64,000 bases of DNA from Parcubacteria group bacterium Greene0416_36 (GCA_007375725.1 VMEV01000006.1:6929-70928); one strand, 5' to 3'. Numbered from the stretch's first letter, positions 17,415 to 27,452 are shown. Made by a program: numbers and translations. Notes: generated by a model from the letters alone, not told the origin.

Positions 17415-17969
17415 TTATTTTGATCCCTCATTTTTCGCCGCATTATCGGGGAAAATGTTTAAATAAGGGGACCTTAAAACGTAATTTGACATAATTACGT
17501 ATATGGTAAAACCCACCCCAATAATTCCCGCTACAAAATATAAAAGAAGTTTTCTCCATTTATATTTTTCTGTAAGTTCTGCCAGTTTGAACTTGTTTTC
17601 GAGCTGAATTTTTTCTTGTTCTGTTTTTTCTCGAGTTTGTTGCAACTCTATTCTTTTTTCCAGCTCGATTTGTTTCAGGCGAAGCTCCTGTTCGCGGCAT
17701 TTTTGGTAGGCCTCAATTGCCAATTTTTGTTCATTGGCTACGTGATTGAGGTAAGTATTGACGCCTACCGAATCTCCAAGAATGACTTTAAGCACCTCGG
17801 CTTCTATCTTAGGCAGACGAAGTGTATCTTCTCTATTTTCAGGGTCTTTCAGGGAAATCAGAGTCAAGTCCTGTTCTGTTTCCCTTGGGGCGACAGTCGT
17901 TTGTGGTTTTTCTGATTCTTTTTTTTCTTCCATGGCTGGGTCCCTCCCATTTAACTTTTGAAAAAACAA
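17415..17969 (-). CDS. Coiled-coil protein with C-terminal TM anchor, hypothetical
   Basis: Heptad-rich region ELRLKQIELEKRIELQQTREKTEQEK and C-terminal hydrophobic LLLYFVAGIIGVGFTIYVIM. Start possibly at 17933. Confidence 0.4.
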   Translation of the reverse strand: MFFQKLNGRDPAMEEKKESEKPQTTVAPRETEQDLTLISLKDPENREDTLRLPKIEAEVLKVILGDSVGVNTYLNHVANEQKLAIEAYQKCREQELRLKQIELEKRIELQQTREKTEQEKIQLENKFKLAELTEKYKWRKLLLYFVAGIIGVGFTIYVIMSNYVLRSPYLNIFPDNAAKNEGSK

Positions 17970-18052
17970 TATTCATTAGCAGTAATAATAGCACACCACC
18001 TTATTTTTGTCAAACAAACACGAAGTGTGTACAAGTTCCAGAGAGATCTTCA

Positions 18053-18733
18053 TTACCGGGGAGGGATGAGGTACTGGGTCCAGTTTTCTGTATTTAAATC
18101 CGCGATTTTGACGGCTTGGTCGAGTCGGATGCCCTTGGTTTCAGTGCGGATAAGGCCCGATAAATAGGCCCCGGCACCTAGTTTTTGTCCCAGATCATGG
18201 GCGATCGAACGGATGTAGGTGCCGGAGGAACAGCGGATGCGGAGCTGGGCGATAGGCCAAGTATAAGACAAGAGCTCAAGCTCCTTGATTTCAATGCCTA
18301 CGGGGGCGAGTTCCACGGGTTTATTCTGCCGGGCCAGATCATAGGCTTTTTGGCCTTTGATTTTTTTGGCCGAGAAAATAGGCGGCATTTGTTGCTGGGC
18401 GCCCAAAAATGTTTTGAGGGTTTCTTCGAGTTGGGTTTTTGAAAGGGGTTGTGGCAGAGGTTGAGTCGGCACAACTATACCCTCCGCATCATAAGTATTC
18501 GAAACCCCGCCGAAAATGATGCTGGCGATATACTCTTTGTCGGATGCCAGAAAGTCTCCCAGATGTTTGGTGGCCTCCCGTCCCACCCCCACGATCAAAA
18601 GACCCTCGGCAAGAGGGTCTAATGTGCCGGCATGTCCTATCTTCTTCGTCCCCGTGATCTTCTTGATCGCATGTATCACTCCATAGGACGTGGGGCCGGA
18701 GGGTTTGTGGATGAATAAAAATCCGCTTGGCAT
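18053..18733 (-). CDS. truB: tRNA pseudouridine(55) synthase
   Basis: FLFIHKPSGPTSYGVIHAIKKITGTKKIGHAGTLDPLAEGLL is the TruB catalytic Asp motif. Confidence 0.85.
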   Translation of the reverse strand: MPSGFLFIHKPSGPTSYGVIHAIKKITGTKKIGHAGTLDPLAEGLLIVGVGREATKHLGDFLASDKEYIASIIFGGVSNTYDAEGIVVPTQPLPQPLSKTQLEETLKTFLGAQQQMPPIFSAKKIKGQKAYDLARQNKPVELAPVGIEIKELELLSYTWPIAQLRIRCSSGTYIRSIAHDLGQKLGAGAYLSGLIRTETKGIRLDQAVKIADLNTENWTQYLIPPR

Positions 18734-18749
18734 ATTTATAAACCCCCCT

Positions 18750-18822
18750 TAGTCCCCCCTTAACAGGGGGGAAACAACTGCCCCCTCCCTTGTTAAGGGG
18801 AGGGTTGGGGTGGGGTTTGTTG
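18750..18822. repeat. REP/MITE-like element family R1, copy 2 (inverted orientation, TTAACA variant)
   Basis: ccccccttagtccccccttaacaggggggaaacaactgccccctcccttgttaaggggagggttggggtggggtttgttg. Confidence 0.8.
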
Positions 18823-18830
18823 CTTTGTTA

Positions 18831-20609
18831 TTATCTCTTAGATTTCTTCCGATCGATCTCCGTCAATCCCTTCTTTCTGAGGCGAATATTAAGCGGGGTG
18901 ATTTCGAGGTATTCGTCGTCGCCCATGATTTCCATGCCGGTTTCGATTTCGAGAATGAGGGGGGGCGCCAAGAGAATGTTTTCATCAGATCCGGCGGCGC
19001 GGATATTGGTCTGGTGTTTGGCCTTGGTGGGATTCACGACGAGCTGATCGCCTTTAGAGGTGTTCCCAATGACCATGCCCTCATAGACTTCGGTATTCTC
19101 AGGGATATAGAGCGCGCCTCGCTGCTGAATGGTATTCATGGAGTAGGCCATAGCTTTTCCGGTATTGCCGGAAATCATGGATCCGACTGAGCGCTTCTGG
19201 ATATCGCCTTTATGCGGCTGGTATTCCTTAAATCGGGAAGAAATAATGCCTTCACCGCGCGTGTCGAGCAAGAATTCGCTCTTGTATCCGAGCAGTCCTC
19301 GAGTCGGAATTTCGAATACCATGCGGCTCATTTTTCCTCGAGTTTCGAGGTTGACCATGAGGCCACGCCGCTTTCCCAATTTTTCGATGATCACACCGGA
19401 GAAGTTTTCGGGAGTATCAATAATGAGCTCTTCGATAGGCTCGCATTTCTCGCCATTGATGGTTTTGAAAATAACTTCGGGCTGAGAAACCTGGAGCTCA
19501 AAGCCCTCTCGGCGCATATTCTCAATGAGAATGCCCAAGTGTAATTCTCCTCGGCCGTAGACCTTGAGATAATCCATGCTGGAAAAGTCCACTCGGAGTC
19601 CCACATTGACTTCCAATTCTTTCTCGAGGCGTTCTCGGATCTGGCGGGAAGTGACATATTTGCCTTCGCGTCCAGCGAAAGGGGAGTTATTGACCAAAAA
19701 TTCCATGGAGATGGTCGGCTCTTCGATGGAAATGGCGGGCATGGCTTCCTGATCTTTGGACACGCAAACCGTATCTCCGATGTAAATATCCGGAAAACCA
19801 GCGATCATCACAATGTCTCCGGCAATGGCCGATGCAATCGGCACTCGTTCCATGCCGCGGAACGCAAATATCTTGGTGATTTTTCCATTGATCACAGTTC
19901 CGTCCGGTTTTTTGGCGATGAGTACATCGCCGTCCTTGATGGTCCCTTCATAAATGCGGCCCACAGCCATGCGTCCCAAGAAATTATCGTAGGCGAGGTT
20001 GAAAGACTGGAATCGGAGAGGAAGTTCGGGCTGTGATGGCGCTGGTTTGACATGTTTTAAAATCAGATCGAGCAGAGGATCCAGATTTCCATATTCATCC
20101 GCCAAATTGATCTTGGTTTTTCCTTCGCGCGCGATGGCATAGACGATCGGGAATTCCAGCTGAATGTCATTGGCACCCAAATCAATGAATAGGGAGTAGA
20201 CCTGCTCGAGCACCCACTCTGGCCGGGCCGATGCCTTATCCATCTTATTGATCACGAGAATCGGCTTGAGCCCCAATTCAAGGGATTTCTTGAGCACGAA
20301 TTTGGTCTGAGGCATGGGTCCTTCATCCGCGTCCACGAGCAAAACGACCGAATCAATGGAGCGCAAAACGCGTTCCACCTCGGATCCAAAATCCGCGTGT
20401 CCGGGAGTATCCACGATATTGACCTTCACCCCTTTATAATCAAAAGAGGCGTTTTTGGCATAAATCGTGATGCCTTTTTCCTTTTCGAGAGTATTGATAT
20501 TCATCGAAAAATCGGCATTTACCATTCCGGTTTGCTTGAGAATGGCGTCGGTCAGCGAGGTTTTCCCGTGGTTGACGTGCGCGATGATGGCGATATTACG
20601 AAATTCCAT
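18831..20609 (-). CDS. typA: Translational GTPase TypA/BipA
   Basis: [19 protein letters not shown] and DTPGHADF GTPase motifs. Length 592 aa with EF-G-like domains. Confidence 0.85.
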   Translation of the reverse strand: MEFRNIAIIAHVNHGKTSLTDAILKQTGMVNADFSMNINTLEKEKGITIYAKNASFDYKGVKVNIVDTPGHADFGSEVERVLRSIDSVVLLVDADEGPMPQTKFVLKKSLELGLKPILVINKMDKASARPEWVLEQVYSLFIDLGANDIQLEFPIVYAIAREGKTKINLADEYGNLDPLLDLILKHVKPAPSQPELPLRFQSFNLAYDNFLGRMAVGRIYEGTIKDGDVLIAKKPDGTVINGKITKIFAFRGMERVPIASAIAGDIVMIAGFPDIYIGDTVCVSKDQEAMPAISIEEPTISMEFLVNNSPFAGREGKYVTSRQIRERLEKELEVNVGLRVDFSSMDYLKVYGRGELHLGILIENMRREGFELQVSQPEVIFKTINGEKCEPIEELIIDTPENFSGVIIEKLGKRRGLMVNLETRGKMSRMVFEIPTRGLLGYKSEFLLDTRGEGIISSRFKEYQPHKGDIQKRSVGSMISGNTGKAMAYSMNTIQQRGALYIPENTEVYEGMVIGNTSKGDQLVVNPTKAKHQTNIRAAGSDENILLAPPLILEIETGMEIMGDDEYLEITPLNIRLRKKGLTEIDRKKSKR

Positions 20610-20611
20610 AG

Positions 20612-20655
20612 GGGGTTAGGCTTTAGGCTGTTAGGCATTAGCTTATTAGGCTAAG
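20612..20655. repeat. Palindromic element family R2, partial copy 3
   Basis: ggttaggctttaggctgttaggcattagcttattaggctaagg. Confidence 0.6.
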
Positions 20656-20778
20656 GTTTTAGAAAATTTTGCCTCAACAATAAATAGCCGCTAAATTGAT
20701 TGAAATAAATAAAAAATATCTCGGTTACCGAGGTAATTTGTAGCTTTTTAGCTTAGATTAGTTGACAATATTTATCAA

Positions 20779-20807
20779 TTGACTTTTATACTGAAATATT
20801 CTATACT
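20779..20807 (+). promoter_or_regulatory. Sigma70-like promoter TTGACT-17-TATACT
   Basis: Sits in an AT-rich 220-bp intergenic region upstream of ORF 20859. Confidence 0.5.
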
Positions 20808-20858
20808 AAATGCAGTTTTTTAGCAAATTAAGATTGTTTTTATTGAAAGGTAATAAAA

Positions 20859-21437
20859 ATGAGCCTAGAAAAGGCATTGCAGTCCTTAGTCGAAGCCAAA
20901 AATATCAAATATTTTGGTCGACTCATTACAAGATATGATAGTAGTTTCTATCTTATCTCTCGAGAAATCGAGAATTTTCGAGATCTTCTTTCTTGGTTTA
21001 TAGATCCTCGTGACCATTTTGATGGGCCAGAATGGATGATTTGGTCATCTAATTGTGAGGATATGGCAGATTTTCTTACTCGCATAAAAGGTTATCTTCC
21101 TATTAAATCTGTGGATACAGTAGTTCTAAATCAGCAAATCATTTTTTTTCAAGATGCAAAAGAAAAGTTTATTCAACTGGTTTGTGTTGATCAAGATTCT
21201 TATTTTGGGGATCGGGAAGAAGGAATAGATATCTTTTGGGGGGTAATAAAAGACATAGACAGAACTTTCTGTGAATTCCTATATGAGTGGTTACCGATTT
21301 TGTCAGATGATGACATTGACGAATTCAAAGAAGCCAAAACAAAAAGAGAAAAAAAGGAGATAATGGGCGCGATTCAATCCAATATAGAAGAGATTTTAAA
21401 GTACTGGAATATTTGGGGTTTTGTCGATAGCAACTAA
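20859..21437 (+). CDS. Hypothetical protein (192 aa), no recognisable domain, low-GC
   Basis: Acidic protein. Flanked by AT-rich DNA. Convergent with a minimal nucleotidyltransferase gene. Confidence 0.4.
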   Translation: MSLEKALQSLVEAKNIKYFGRLITRYDSSFYLISREIENFRDLLSWFIDPRDHFDGPEWMIWSSNCEDMADFLTRIKGYLPIKSVDTVVLNQQIIFFQDAKEKFIQLVCVDQDSYFGDREEGIDIFWGVIKDIDRTFCEFLYEWLPILSDDDIDEFKEAKTKREKKEIMGAIQSNIEEILKYWNIWGFVDSN

Positions 21438-21564
21438 GCCTGAAAATATCGACATGACAATAAAGAAATAAGGGAAATCAACCTTATTTTTTTGATTTCT
21501 CCATCTTTGTCAGAAATTTCGCAATATGCTTAGTAAAATCATCGAAATCACTTGGGGTGTTTTA

Positions 21565-21972
21565 TTAAACACACATATACTCCATTTTAGCCACCCGGTC
21601 ATGATAAAATTTGAGAATATTAAATTCAAACTCCACCCGCGCGTCATCATCGTGATTATATAAAATATGACCATCTTTGAGGATTTCAAATTTAAATGAT
21701 AAAGGCAATTGATCGTCCAAGATAATAACTTCTACATCCTCGCGTCCCATCATCGTACTTAAAAGATCCATCAATTTTAAACGAATTTTTAAATAATCGG
21801 GAGATTTTTTCATCTTCTTGTCCAAAAGCACAGCAAAATCAACATCACTCCGCGCCTCAGCATCTCCCCTTGCCTGCGAGCTAAAAAGATAGACGACAAT
21901 AACTCCCAATCTCTTGAGGTCAGGCGAGAAAGTTTCTAGTTGCTTTTCTAATTTTTTCAGAAATTTCTGCAT
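21565..21972 (-). CDS. Minimal nucleotidyltransferase (Pol-beta superfamily MNT)
   Basis: GVIVVYLFSSQARGDAEARSDVDFAVLL matches GS-x9-13-DxD. No HEPN partner is visible. Confidence 0.65.
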   Translation of the reverse strand: MQKFLKKLEKQLETFSPDLKRLGVIVVYLFSSQARGDAEARSDVDFAVLLDKKMKKSPDYLKIRLKLMDLLSTMMGREDVEVIILDDQLPLSFKFEILKDGHILYNHDDDARVEFEFNILKFYHDRVAKMEYMCV

Positions 21973-22083
21973 ATTTTTTCTCTAAAATAGCAGATTTTAA
22001 AGAAAAAATAAAATTTTACGGGCTTCTATTTTTTTGATTCCAAAAAATTCTGTTACAATGGAGAGAATATTATTCTCTCGACA

Positions 22084-22127
22084 CGAGATTGCTTCAGTCA
22101 CGCTAAAGCGCGTGACTTCGCAATGAC
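22084..22127. repeat. Hairpin repeat family R3 (CGAGATTGCTTC...GTCACGC..GCGTGAC..TTCGCAATGAC)
   Basis: Related copies at 23085-23130 and 24496-24617. Followed by the conserved leader cctgaatcct..cctaaatc before the ATG. Confidence 0.7.
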
Positions 22128-22171
22128 CGTTGTTCTCCTAGATCCTGAATCCTTATTCCTAAATCCTAGAT

Positions 22172-23017
22172 ATGTACACCATCGCCCAACTCCAACAAAA
22201 ATCCAACCGCCTCCGCGAGGATGTCATTGATATGCTCGTGCACGCGGGATCTGGCCACAGCGCGGGGCCGCTGGATCTCGCGGAGATTTTCACGGCGCTT
22301 TATTTTCGGATTATGGATCATGATCCGAAGAATCCTTCGTGGGAAGATCGCGACCGGCTGTATCTCTCCTGCGGCCACAATGCGCCGATTCGGTACGCGG
22401 CCATGATCGAGGCGGGGTATTTGCCTAAAAGCTATTTGAAAACTCTGCGAAAGCTTGGGTCGCCTCTCCAGGGCCACCCGAGCCGGCATGACTGGAAAGC
22501 CGTGGAAAGTTCGTCCGGTCCTTTGGGACAGGGTTCCTCGGTCGCGGTAGGAGCCGCTCTTTCCGCGCGGATGGACAAGAAGAGGCACTGGGTTTACTGC
22601 GTGGTCTCGGACGGCGAACAGAATGAGGGGCAGACATGGGAAGCGGCTATGCTTGCCGGAAAGATGAAACTGCACAATCTGATCTTCCTCATGGACCGCA
22701 ATAATATTCAGATCGATGGGTACACCGAGAATATCATGCCTCTGGAACCCATTGCCGACAAATACCGGGCCTTCAACTGGCATGTGATCGAAGTCGACGG
22801 CCACAATATCGAGGCCATCATCGACGCGGTCAATGAAGCCAAAGCCGTTTACGAGAAACCCACCATGATCATCTGCCACACCATCCCCGGCAAAGGCGTT
22901 TCCTTCATGGAGCGCGACTACCTCTGGCACGGCAAACCCCCGACCAAGGATGAGGCGAAGATTGCTTTGAGAGAGCTCCGAAGTATGAGGGGGAAGATTA
23001 TGACGGAATATGACTAG
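22172..23017 (+). CDS. tktA: Transketolase, N-terminal (TPP-binding) subunit
   Basis: HAGSGHSAGPLDLAEIFTALYF..SCGHNAPIRYAAM...DGEQNEGQTWEAAMLAG. Split transketolase arrangement. Confidence 0.85.
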   Translation: MYTIAQLQQKSNRLREDVIDMLVHAGSGHSAGPLDLAEIFTALYFRIMDHDPKNPSWEDRDRLYLSCGHNAPIRYAAMIEAGYLPKSYLKTLRKLGSPLQGHPSRHDWKAVESSSGPLGQGSSVAVGAALSARMDKKRHWVYCVVSDGEQNEGQTWEAAMLAGKMKLHNLIFLMDRNNIQIDGYTENIMPLEPIADKYRAFNWHVIEVDGHNIEAIIDAVNEAKAVYEKPTMIICHTIPGKGVSFMERDYLWHGKPPTKDEAKIALRELRSMRGKIMTEYD

Positions 23018-23084
23018 GCAGCAAATGAAGAATGAAAAATTAAAAATTAAGAATGAAACAAAGGATAAGCTGAAAGAAATGTCA

Positions 23085-23130
23085 TTGCGAGAATATGCAT
23101 TTTAGCAGAAGCGAAGCAATCTCGTATCGA
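23085..23130. repeat. Hairpin repeat family R3, copy 2
   Basis: tgtcattgcgagaatatgcattttagcagaagcgaagcaatctcgt. Confidence 0.6.
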
Positions 23131-23465
23131 AGGGGAGGATTTTATGTATATTTTCTTGAAATAAAAAAGACCATCGCGATTTTGCTAGGTCCTATAAAAC
23201 CAATGAAAATGAGTTAATGTTCTGTTTTTCAATGGTTGGTTGTTTGTTTTTTTCCTTGTTCTTCTTCCTTTTCTTTTATCCTTGTGGCTTCTCTTTTATC
23301 AGCATCTTGTCCTATTATTATAAGTAGTCGTTGGATCTCTTCTAATTCCGTTATAAGAATTATTCCAATCGTTATAATTGCACACAAAATTGCTATTTCC
23401 ATTAAATATTCCTTTAAAATATATAAAAATTAGAACCACATTATTACTATCATTTCAGAATATAT

Positions 23466-24488
23466 TTGTCAAATATGTTGAATCTCAAGATGAATCTCGA
23501 CACTAACATTTTCAATCCCGAAAAACTCAAATGGATCCCGACGCGGAATGGTTTTGGAGAGGGTTTAGTGTTGGCTGGGGAAAAGAATCCGAATGTGGTG
23601 GCGCTAACGGCGGATCTGGAGGAGTCCACTCGTTTTTTGGCATTTCATAAGAAATTTCCGGAGCGGTTTATCGATGTGGGAGTCGCGGAGCAGAATCTGA
23701 TGGGGGTGGCGGCGGGGATGGCCCTCAATGGAAAGATCCCTTTTATCGGTTCTTATGCCACATTTAGTCCTGGGAGAAATTGGGACCAACTTCGAGTCTC
23801 CGTATGCTATAATAATCTGCCCGTCAAAATCGCGGGGGCACATGCGGGTCTTTCCGTAGGTCCCGATGGCGCGACGCATCAGGCGCTCGAAGATATTGCC
23901 ATCACTCGGGTACTTCCCAACATCACGGTGATTGTCCCGTGTGATTATCACGAGGCGCGAAAAGCGGCAATGGCCGCGGCGGAAATGCCAGGCCCGGTTT
24001 ATGTCCGTTTCGCGCGTCCCAATACCGCCGTCCTGACCACGGAGAATACGCCCTTCGAAGTGGGGAAGGCGACGCTTCTGTGGGACAGCGGGGATGACGT
24101 AGCCATTGTAGGCGCGGGTCCTCAATTGTACGAGGCTCTCTTGGCCGCGAAGACTTTGAGCGAGAAAAAGCCGGCCAAGGGTGATAAGAAACTGGGCGTA
24201 AAAGTTCTCAATTTACATACGATTAAACCCATCGACGAAAAAATGCTCTTCGCTCTGGGCAAGAAAACCGGTGCCTTTGTTGTGGTGGAAGAACATCAAA
24301 TCCACGGCGGCGTCTTCGGCGCAGTCGCTGAGACCATGGCTCAAATATGTCCCATCCCCATCGAATCCGTGTCTGTGGCCGACACTTTCGGCGAATCCGG
24401 AGAACATCAAGAACTGCTCGAGAAATATGGACTCTTGGCCGAGGATATTATTGAGGCGGTGGGGAGAGTGATGAAACGAAAAGTCTAA
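23466..24488 (+). CDS. tktB: Transketolase, C-terminal (pyrimidine-binding) subunit
   Basis: GVAEQNLMGVAAGMALNGKIPFIGSYATF and C-terminal transketolase_C region. Confidence 0.85.
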   Translation: MSNMLNLKMNLDTNIFNPEKLKWIPTRNGFGEGLVLAGEKNPNVVALTADLEESTRFLAFHKKFPERFIDVGVAEQNLMGVAAGMALNGKIPFIGSYATFSPGRNWDQLRVSVCYNNLPVKIAGAHAGLSVGPDGATHQALEDIAITRVLPNITVIVPCDYHEARKAAMAAAEMPGPVYVRFARPNTAVLTTENTPFEVGKATLLWDSGDDVAIVGAGPQLYEALLAAKTLSEKKPAKGDKKLGVKVLNLHTIKPIDEKMLFALGKKTGAFVVVEEHQIHGGVFGAVAETMAQICPIPIESVSVADTFGESGEHQELLEKYGLLAEDIIEAVGRVMKRKV

Positions 24489-24495
24489 AGAGTAT

Positions 24496-24617
24496 TGTCA
24501 TTGCGAAGCCCCGCGTTTTAGCGGGGATGAAGCAATCTCGTGTCGGGTCCCTCTCTCTATTTCAATACGAGATTGCTTCGCCTCCGCTAAGGCGCGGATT
24601 CTCGCAATGACACGTAT
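24496..24617. repeat. Hairpin repeat family R3, full palindromic dimer
   Basis: gtcattgcgaagccccgcgttttagcggggatgaagcaatctcgtgtcg...acgagattgcttcgcctccgctaaggcgcggattctcgcaatgac. Confidence 0.75.
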
Positions 24618-24648
24618 CTCCTGAATCCTGACTCCTAAATCTCAATCT

Positions 24649-25830
24649 ATGATCGGACCCCTTCTCACCTTCATGCGAATCCATTTCTCCCAGGCGACTC
24701 GGGTGGAACTTTTGGAATCGATCAAAGCATCACTCCGAAGCCCAAGAAGGCTTCCTTTGTTTATTACCACTCCTAATCCGGAAATCGTACTTTTGTCTCT
24801 GGCAAATTCGGAGTATCGAAAGGTCCTTAATTCTTCGGATTATTCGATCGCGGACGGGTTTGGGTTACAGCTGGCGGCGCGAGTATTTGGATTTCCTCTG
24901 GCTGCTCGTATTGCGGGAGTAGATTTGATGGCGGATCTTTGCAATCTCGCCTCTTCATCGGGCTACCGAGTTGCTCTACTGGGCGCAGGAAAGGGTGTGG
25001 CCGCCAGGGCCAAAGAGAAATTGGAGGCCAAGTTTCCAACCTTGGAAATCGTCTACGCTGACCCCGGAATGCCCGCGGAGTCTTTTAGTTTCGATTCGCC
25101 CGAATGCATACAAGCAATCAACCAAACCCAGGCTGATTTTTTATTTTGCGCGTTCGGCGCGCCCAAACAGGAGCTCTGGATCCACAAAAATTTGTCAAAA
25201 TTGAACGTGAAACTGGCCATGGGAGTGGGGGGATCGCTCGATTGTATTTCTGGACACAAAAAAAGAGCGCCTCTTCTTATGAGAAAGATGGGCTTTGAAT
25301 GGTTATTTCGTTTTTTTTATGAGCCCACACGCGCCTTGCGGATCTGGAATGCCGTAGTTGTTTTCCCTATGACTGTAATGCTATGGAAAGCGAGGATTTT
25401 ATTTCAGTATCGTAAAAATGTCGTGGCTCTGATTTTAGATCAAGATAATCGCATTCTGATGGTCAATGCCGCACGCAATCAGGATATCAAATGGCAGTTT
25501 CCTCAAGGGGGCATTGATAGAGGAGAGGATGCCACGGTCGCGGTGATGCGCGAGATGAGAGAGGAGTTGGGCATTGCTCAACTTGAAATCATTCGGCATG
25601 TCCCACACTATAGTTCTTATATCTGGCCCCCTCAATACCAGATTATTTATGGCTATAAAGGCCAGCTCCAAGATCTGTTTATCCTACGATTTACCGGACA
25701 GGATTCGGATTTTAATCTCGAATACGATCATGAGCTCTCCAGCTGGAAATGGATGACAAAATCGGACGTTCTTGTTAATGTAGACCCGCTGCGCCGCTCG
25801 AGCGTGGAGAAAGCGTTTAGTTTTTTATAA
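24649..25830 (+). CDS. WecB/TagA/CpsF-family glycosyltransferase (GT26) fused to C-terminal NUDIX hydrolase domain
   Basis: N-terminal ...SIADGFGLQLAAR...LFCAFGAPKQELWI.. matches GT26. C-terminal Nudix box GGIDRGEDATVAVMREMREELGI. The 3' end is followed by an R1 element. Confidence 0.7.
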   Translation: MIGPLLTFMRIHFSQATRVELLESIKASLRSPRRLPLFITTPNPEIVLLSLANSEYRKVLNSSDYSIADGFGLQLAARVFGFPLAARIAGVDLMADLCNLASSSGYRVALLGAGKGVAARAKEKLEAKFPTLEIVYADPGMPAESFSFDSPECIQAINQTQADFLFCAFGAPKQELWIHKNLSKLNVKLAMGVGGSLDCISGHKKRAPLLMRKMGFEWLFRFFYEPTRALRIWNAVVVFPMTVMLWKARILFQYRKNVVALILDQDNRILMVNAARNQDIKWQFPQGGIDRGEDATVAVMREMREELGIAQLEIIRHVPHYSSYIWPPQYQIIYGYKGQLQDLFILRFTGQDSDFNLEYDHELSSWKWMTKSDVLVNVDPLRRSSVEKAFSFL

Positions 25831-25834
25831 AAAA

Positions 25835-25912
25835 AATCCCTCCCCAACCCTCCCCTTGACAAGGGAGGGCGTTGCTTCCCCCTTGTCAAAGGGGGACTGA
25901 GGGGGATTTGTT
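25835..25912. repeat. REP/MITE-like element family R1, copy 3
   Basis: atccctccccaaccctccccttgacaagggagggcgttgcttcccccttgtcaaagggggactgagggggatttgttg. Confidence 0.85.
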
Positions 25913-25937
25913 GTTTCATTCCTAATGCCTAATTTCT

Positions 25938-27434
25938 ATGATTCGAACTCGTTCCGCACCCTCTCCCACTGGATTCATGCATGTGGGAAATCTCCGCACT
26001 TCTCTTTATTGCTATTTATTCGCAAAAAAAAATAAGGGCCAATATCTCCTGCGCATAGAAGATACGGATCAGACCCGTTTTATGCCGGGAGCGACCGAGG
26101 ATATTTACGCATCTCTGCGATGGGCCGGACTTCTCTATGATGAAGGACCGGATGTCGGAGGCCCCAATGGCCCGTATATACAATCACAAAGATCAGAAAT
26201 TTATAATGCTGAGGTTTCTAAACTGCTCAACGAGGGCAAGGCTTATCGTTGTTTTTGTTCTCCCCAGAGACTGGAAGCCATGAGAGAAGAGCAGCAGGCC
26301 AAGGGAGAGGCGTCGCGATATGATGGAAAGTGCCTGAGTTTATCAAAAGAGGAGCTAATTACTCTCGAGGCTTCCAAGGCTCCGCATGTCATTCGTTTCC
26401 GAATGTCGGAAAAAGAATACAAATACATGGATATTATGCGAGGTGAATTGGCCTTTCCAGTCGGGTCTGCGGATGATTTTGTGCTCATCAAAAGCGATGG
26501 GTTTCCGGTCTATCACTTCGCCAATATTGTCGATGATCACTACATGAAAATCAGCCATGTGATCCGAGGCGAAGAATGGCTTTCTTCATTGCCCAAACAT
26601 CTGGCTTTATATGAAGCTTTCGGATGGAATCATCCTGAGTTTATTCATTTGCCTCTCCTTTTATCCAAGACTAAGAAGAAGCTGTCCAAGCGCGACGGCG
26701 ATGTTTCGGTACGGGACTACATTGCCAAGGGATATTTGCCCGAAGCCCTTCTGAATTTTATTTTACTTTTGGGCTGGAATCCTGGAACGGACAAAGAATT
26801 ATTTACGAAAGAGGAGATGATCGAGGCTTTTTCGTTTGAACGCCTCAATAAATCCGGAGCCGTATTTGATTTGGAGAAACTGGACTGGATGAATAGCCAC
26901 TACATTCGGGGGAAAAATATTTCCGAATTATTTAGTTTGTCTTTGCCCTATTTTGAATCTGCTGGGCTGATTGTAAAAACCGAAGATCCCTCTCTTTGGA
27001 AAACCGCGGCCGGACGCAATATTTCAAGGAATTATTTGGAAAAGATCGTGGGCATTGAAAAAGAGCGCGTCAAAAAACTTTCAGATTTCGCCGATACTGA
27101 CAGGGTGGGGTTTTTCTTTGCCGACTCTTTGGTATACGAGAAGGATCTGTTATTCTGGAAGAAGATGGAGACGGCTCAGGTAGTTCAAAATCTCACACAG
27201 GCCAAAATTTTGCTCGAAAAAACTTTGGAAACGGAATTCACGAAAGAGCATCTCCGCGATACAATCATGCGCTGGACCGCCGAGACGGGCATCAAAAATG
27301 GCGAGATGCTTTGGCCGCTCCGTGTGGCTCTCACCGGCATGAAAGCGTCTCCCGACCCGTTCGAGGTCGCTGATGTATTAGATAAGCCGATGTGTCTGGC
27401 GAGACTGGATCAAGCATTGGAGAAATTGACATAA
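25938..27434 (+). CDS. gltX: Glutamyl-tRNA synthetase
   Basis: RSAPSPTGFMHVGNLRTSLY (HIGH) and KLSKRDG (KMSKS). 498 aa. Confidence 0.9.
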   Translation: MIRTRSAPSPTGFMHVGNLRTSLYCYLFAKKNKGQYLLRIEDTDQTRFMPGATEDIYASLRWAGLLYDEGPDVGGPNGPYIQSQRSEIYNAEVSKLLNEGKAYRCFCSPQRLEAMREEQQAKGEASRYDGKCLSLSKEELITLEASKAPHVIRFRMSEKEYKYMDIMRGELAFPVGSADDFVLIKSDGFPVYHFANIVDDHYMKISHVIRGEEWLSSLPKHLALYEAFGWNHPEFIHLPLLLSKTKKKLSKRDGDVSVRDYIAKGYLPEALLNFILLLGWNPGTDKELFTKEEMIEAFSFERLNKSGAVFDLEKLDWMNSHYIRGKNISELFSLSLPYFESAGLIVKTEDPSLWKTAAGRNISRNYLEKIVGIEKERVKKLSDFADTDRVGFFFADSLVYEKDLLFWKKMETAQVVQNLTQAKILLEKTLETEFTKEHLRDTIMRWTAETGIKNGEMLWPLRVALTGMKASPDPFEVADVLDKPMCLARLDQALEKLT

Positions 27435-27452
27435 ATCCCTCCCTTACAAACT

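Noticed and set aside
23236-23433. 65-aa Cys/Ser/Ile-rich ORF between the tkt subunit genes.
   Set aside because: Low-complexity composition in an AT-rich spacer with no RBS. It is probably non-coding, though a tiny membrane peptide cannot be excluded.
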